From Octopus sinensis (taxonomy: Eukaryota), in NCBI RefSeq assembly GCF_006345805.1, contig NW_021825971.1:1-14016 (forward strand): a stretch of 14,016 bases of DNA. Direction: 5' to 3'. Shown here piece by piece: positions 9,820 through 14,016 of the stretch. Position numbers and translations under genes: made by a program. Positions within the stretch are counted from its first letter, which is position 1. Every line of letters starts with the position of its first letter. Under the pieces are notes generated by a model, which worked only from the letters and a program-made list of their open reading frames with translations, did not search any database and was not told the origin of the DNA.

Positions 9820-9850
<31 letters not shown>

Positions 9851-10705
9851 GATAAAAATCCATTGTTCTGAGTGAGAGAAAAACCAAACATTACGAGAGA
9901 AGAGGCGCATTCCAGCCGTGACCATTCCAATGATTACAAATTTAGCTACAACAAAAGAGTTCATTATGAAAAGTGTGCTTCTGCTATCAGAAAATTAATG
10001 GAGATCTGTCTGCCTCTTTTTTTAGCATCTTGTGAATGACCGATTATAAGTTTGCTAGCATGAACAAGAAGAACAGCAGAAAACTAAAGTAACATATGGT
10101 ACACACACACACACACACATACACACACGCACACACCACACACACACACATACACACACACGCACACACACAGAGAGCCTGATACAGAGAAACTTTTCCA
10201 CGCTGATACACCTATATGCTGCCACGGTTTCACAGAACTTGATGTTTGTTGGTAAATTTATGTGCGTATGTTGAATGTGTATTTATTACAGTTAAAAAAA
10301 TATATATAATTATAAATAGATTGTTAATTTAAGATGAGCGGATACATATTGGCGTATGCGTAGATATGCATGAATACGAGCGCCCTCTGTTTCTGCTCAT
10401 GCGTTTTTTGCTCTCTTATTACTTATTAGTACAGATTGGACAATGGGATGATGTATAGTAACACACAAAAGTCCCGTATTACGTTGAACATGTGGTTGTG
10501 TGTGTCTGTATATATGATATCTGAAAGACTGCAAGCACCTAATTACGTGTGTCTAGATATCCGTTTCTATATATATGTGTATACATACATACATACATAT
10601 ATACATACACAATCACGCACACATGCACACACACATATATGTATACACACGCACATAACAGTACCATATGTATCTATGTGTGTATAAATGTATACATATA
10701 TGACA
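9705..10705. repeat. Microsatellite blocks (TA)n/(CATA)n at 9705-9848, (CA)n at 10100-10172 and CA/TA-rich at 10565-10705, separated by unique DNA
   Basis: Directly visible. Confidence 0.85.
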
Positions 10706-11414
10706 CACATGCCCACGCCCTGTCTTCAAAGGTCAATGACTGCAATTCGTTCAGATGTGTTATAGCTAATGTTGCTATTTCCGGGCGAAAAAAACAAAAA
10801 CATGTTCGCTTCCGAACATTTACTGTACAACCAGGAGGAACTCTAGACTGACAATAGGAAGAGAGATTATGTTGCTTAGAGTATTAATAGATATTTGACT
10901 GTATATTTACCCTAATTACTTATATATTAAGACATAGAAAATTACCGTGATATTTACATCGATTCATCAATCATATTATACATTTCGTGTCTAGAATTAT
11001 CAGCACAACTGTTGTTCACCTTGATACTACTTTTAAGAATTTATAGATATGATTTGCAGGATAATAAATCACCGTCTCATTTTAGATTGATCGCGTGATA
11101 CTTGAACTGATGTTTAAGTTATATGGTGGATTCTACCAAATAAAAAAATTTTTTCTGTGAGCTTATTTTTATGTAATGTATTGTTGTTATATTCCGTGAT
11201 GTGATTAGTGGAGTCTTCACAGAATGAGTGATTCGGTATTTATTTTTTAATTACACAAGTCAATCTTTATAAAATATCATAGCATGACAGTGATGTATGT
11301 AGACATAACGCAGAGTTTCGTTACGTTTTCCATACACGATGGTATTTACCTGAATTTTAAATTTTGTATTCTCTCAAAAACCTAAACTCTAGTGCGATTC
11401 AATCTTTGTTCCAG

Positions 11415-11484
11415 CATTAGACTAAAACTCATTAGGCAGGAAACCAGTGGCCAAGATAAACCAGTGTACCTCTGTGATTTACAG
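11415..11484 (+). CDS. Candidate internal coding exon (70 nt) of an unidentified host gene
   Basis: Acceptor tcaatctttgttccAG and donor CAG|GTATGC; 29/70 GC. The only open frame is c-IRLKLIRQETSGQDKPVYLCDLQ, and its phase is compatible with exon 6106-6207 (tt+c = Phe). Confidence 0.5.
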
Positions 11485-11640
11485 GTATGCTTACCTACAT
11501 CTTTATAAAGTTTCCTCCTTAACCATAAATGTCGATAGCGGAACGTCTTCCGCAAAAAATACTCAAGAGGTTGAGTATATATAAAAATATTGAAAGATCC
11601 CCCCCCCCACGAAATATAAGTGTTTTGAACATACGTCTAA

Positions 11641-11680
11641 AATTCAGGTATAGAATTTTAGCTGTAATTCAGGTATAGAA
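11641..11680. repeat. Short direct duplication aattcaggtatagaa x2 (period 25)
   Basis: Identical 15-mers at 11641-11655 and 11666-11680. Confidence 0.85.
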
Positions 11681-12474
11681 AATTATCAACAGTTATTTCT
11701 TGCCTTAGAATATTTTATTGTCTTAATTAGGTCGGGTTTAATTCTAAATGTGTCTAATTAATGGCATATATGATTAATTGGCACATGTAAAGCTTCAGCA
11801 CGATTAATTAAAAAGACAAAGATATAGAAACAGAAAGATCCCCCACATAAAATAAAAACTTTTATACCCCATAATACATCAGATTTTCCTAAGTTCAGCG
11901 CGTAACAAAGACATCATATTGGATTTGCATCCAACAAATACGACATTTTTTTATTACATAAATACTCCCACATCATATCCGTCGAGATTATCTGAGGAAA
12001 ATAATCCAATTAAGTAACATACTTCAAATCCATCGATGAATGGATTTAACAAATATGTTTAGTCTTTCAGGCTGAGACACGTTTACTAAGTATATTTGGG
12101 GCCTAAATCACAAAGGCATTCATTATTTTCATAATAACTGATCGATCATAGAGGCTGTGCCCTTATATGTTAATGGATTGAAATGCCTCCCTTGCTTATC
12201 CGAAAAGCACAACATATTGATGCAACTGCTTCCTCGAGTAACAAGCCTGTCTAATAAAAGATTATATGCGTACGTATGGATCCGTGTGTGTGTGTGTGGG
12301 TTATGTGACTATAGTTTAGAAAGTATGTAGAAGATGAAGATATCCAATCAAGAATCCAAGAATCGATACAAATAGGATTTTCCTAATATGTTTTTTTTTA
12401 AGTCAATACAATAATATTTTGCACATTAAGGACAAAAATACAATTTTCTAGAATAAGTATTTATGGTTAGGGAT

Positions 12475-12532
12475 TGTATATATATATGTTATATAAAATA
12501 TATATATATTAATATATATATAATATATATAT

Positions 12533-12566
<34 letters not shown>

Positions 12567-12607
12567 AATAGAGAGATAGATAGATAGATAGATAGATAGA
12601 GATAGAT

Positions 12608-12677
<70 letters not shown>

Positions 12678-12720
12678 GGGAGAAAAACAGACAGACAAAC
12701 AGACAAACAGGCAGAAAGAA
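12475..12720. repeat. Compound microsatellite (TA)n-(GA)n-(GATA)n-(GACA)n
   Basis: Directly visible; accounts for the ORFs at 12489-12780. Confidence 0.95.
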
Positions 12721-12925
12721 AGATCGATTATTGGATTGAATAAATGATAGAACATGCAGTTGGTCGATATCAGTAATCATTTACTTAAATTAAGTTTAGA
12801 AAACAAATCAGACAAAACGAAAATACCCTGCGCCGTTATTTTTAAGAACAAAATGGAATCTTGGCTTTAAAAGTTCTTTCCATGTCTGCCTATTACCAGA
12901 GGAATATCATGAAGGTCTTACTTAC

Positions 12926-13024
12926 CAATAATTGTTCACAACGATCGTAACATATTCGATAAATATCAAAAATATAACATAGCAAGTATTCTTTAAGTCC
13001 ATAGTAAAATTCCTTGGTACTTAC
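12926..13024 (-). other. Candidate minus-strand exon (99 nt) that begins with a 5' splice-site motif (AG|GTAAGT)
   Basis: The minus strand reads acttacatattttctttctttttctattttAG|GTAAGTacc...ttattg|GTAAGTaag. Frame 0 is open: VSTKEFYYGLKEYLLCYIFDIYRICYDRCEQLL. Confidence 0.4.
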
Positions 13025-13084
13025 CTAAAATAGAAAAAGAAAGAAAATATGTAAGTTGAAGGATAGACTGACGTATAAATAGCT

Positions 13085-13102
13085 GGATGGATAGATTGAT
13101 AG

Positions 13103-13142
<40 letters not shown>

Positions 13143-13453
13143 ACAGACAGACAGACAGAGACAGAAAGACAGTCAGATAGATTGATAGATGTGTTTTTTT
13201 ATTAGCCACACAGGGCCGAACACAGAGGGGACAAAATACAATGTAGAGCTTTTCTTTTTGAGAAAATAAAATAAGAAGAAAAGTAAAATTTCGATCAAAA
13301 GGGATCGTGAAAAAAAGTGGGGGGGGGCAATCGAAAGGAATCGTGTATCACAGAAAATATTATAAATGTTATAAAAAAGAAAAACAGATTAGGTTTATCC
13401 GTGGAAGGAAAAGCCTATGGAAAAGACCACAGAAACCTCGGGCAATAATGTCC
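13085..13453 (-). mobile_element. Probable 3' UTR/terminus of a non-LTR retrotransposon (LINE) with a microsatellite tail
   Basis: On the minus strand, ~260 nt of pyrimidine-rich unique sequence ends ...ttgtcccctctgtgttcggccctgtgtggctAATAAAaaaac and is followed by (ATCT/GTCT/CT)n. The terminus is homologous to the tail of the 8430-8660 SINE, but the upstream sequence is not SINE-like. No ORF is retained, so the class is inferred. Confidence 0.5.
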
Positions 13454-13490
13454 TAATATAGATAGATATATACATACACATACATATATA

Positions 13491-13888
13491 TCTTTTATCT
13501 TTTACTTTTTCAGTCATTAGACTGTGGCCATGCTGGGTCACCGTTTAAAGAATTTTAGTCGTATGAATAGACACCAACACTTATTCTTTTATAAAACCTG
13601 GTACTTATTCTAGCAGTCTTTTTTGCCGAACTGCATAGTCAGTGGGACGTAAAAACACCAGAAACGGTTGTCAAGCGATGGTGGTGGACAAACATACGCA
13701 AAACCCCGCATTCACACATATACGACGAGATCCTTTTTTAATTCTTTGTGCCAAATCGCCCCACAAGGCTTTGGTCAGGCCGAGTTTATTGTAGGATGAA
13801 TCTTATCGAAGGTGCCACGCAGTGGGATTGAAACCGGGTGCATATAGTTGGGAAGCAAATTTCTTAACATACAACCACACCTGCGCCT
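13491..13888 (-). mobile_element. tRNA-derived SINE, family B, full length
   Basis: The minus head aggcgcaggtgtggttgtatgttaag carries an A-box-like motif (13867-13877) and B-box-like ggtttcaatccc (13824-13835). It continues ctgcgtggcaccttcgataag (CORE-like position), ccaaagccttgtg, atcgcttgacaaccg, gaataagtaccagg and cagcatggccacagtctaatgactgaaaaagtaaaagataaaaga. Confidence 0.9.
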
Positions 13889-14016
13889 AATATATATCTA
13901 TACACACACGCGTGCGCGCTCATCTATGTGTTATATGTATGTGTGTGGATGTTTCCGCTTGTATATGTCCAACTGCTTCAAGCAACTTTGATGCTATAAG
14001 ATGTATTGACAGTACT

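Noticed and set aside
11495-11636. 142-nt minus-strand exon candidate (TYVQNTYISWGGGSFNIFIYTQPLEYFLRKTFRYRHLWLRRKLYKDV; donor GTAAGC), phase-compatible with 12926-13024
   Set aside because: The acceptor lies in a local 15-bp duplication, the exon contains a G10 homopolymer, and its donor abuts the opposite-strand donor at 11485. It is not called, but is worth checking if the minus-strand transcript is real.
11992-11998. CTGAGGA hammerhead-like core
   Set aside because: No downstream stem II/GAAA arrangement.
12071-12258. Possible terminal exon (AETRLLSIFGA*, AATAAA at 12253-12258) in phase with 11415-11484
   Set aside because: Short pyrimidine tract, only 11 codons, and AATAAA is frequent by chance in AT-rich DNA.

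Overview
This is AT-rich, microsatellite-dense eukaryotic DNA. The SINE families and the (TA)/(ATAC)/(AGAT) repeats point to an octopod cephalopod (Octopus-like); this is inferred from recognising the repeats, not from a search. None of the ORF-track ORFs is a credible intact gene. By manual frameshift-aware translation the window is a stack of fossils: a decayed Tc1/mariner transposase (-, 830-1590); a 5'-truncated Penelope-like retroelement (+, 2762-~4590) with a degenerate hammerhead ribozyme in its 3' region; a decayed Gln-rich ORF of unknown origin (+, 6242-7608); seven full or partial tRNA-derived SINE copies from two families, two with clear TSDs; and a probable LINE 3' end (-, 13085-13453) that shares its terminus with one SINE. 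In the unique DNA, two plus-strand candidate exons (6106-6207, 11415-11484) splice in frame, so much of the window may be intronic. A minus-strand AG|GTAAGT recursive-splice-like exon lies at 12926-13024, and several perfect short hairpins lie at 10802-12047. No rRNA, true tRNA or CRISPR array was seen.
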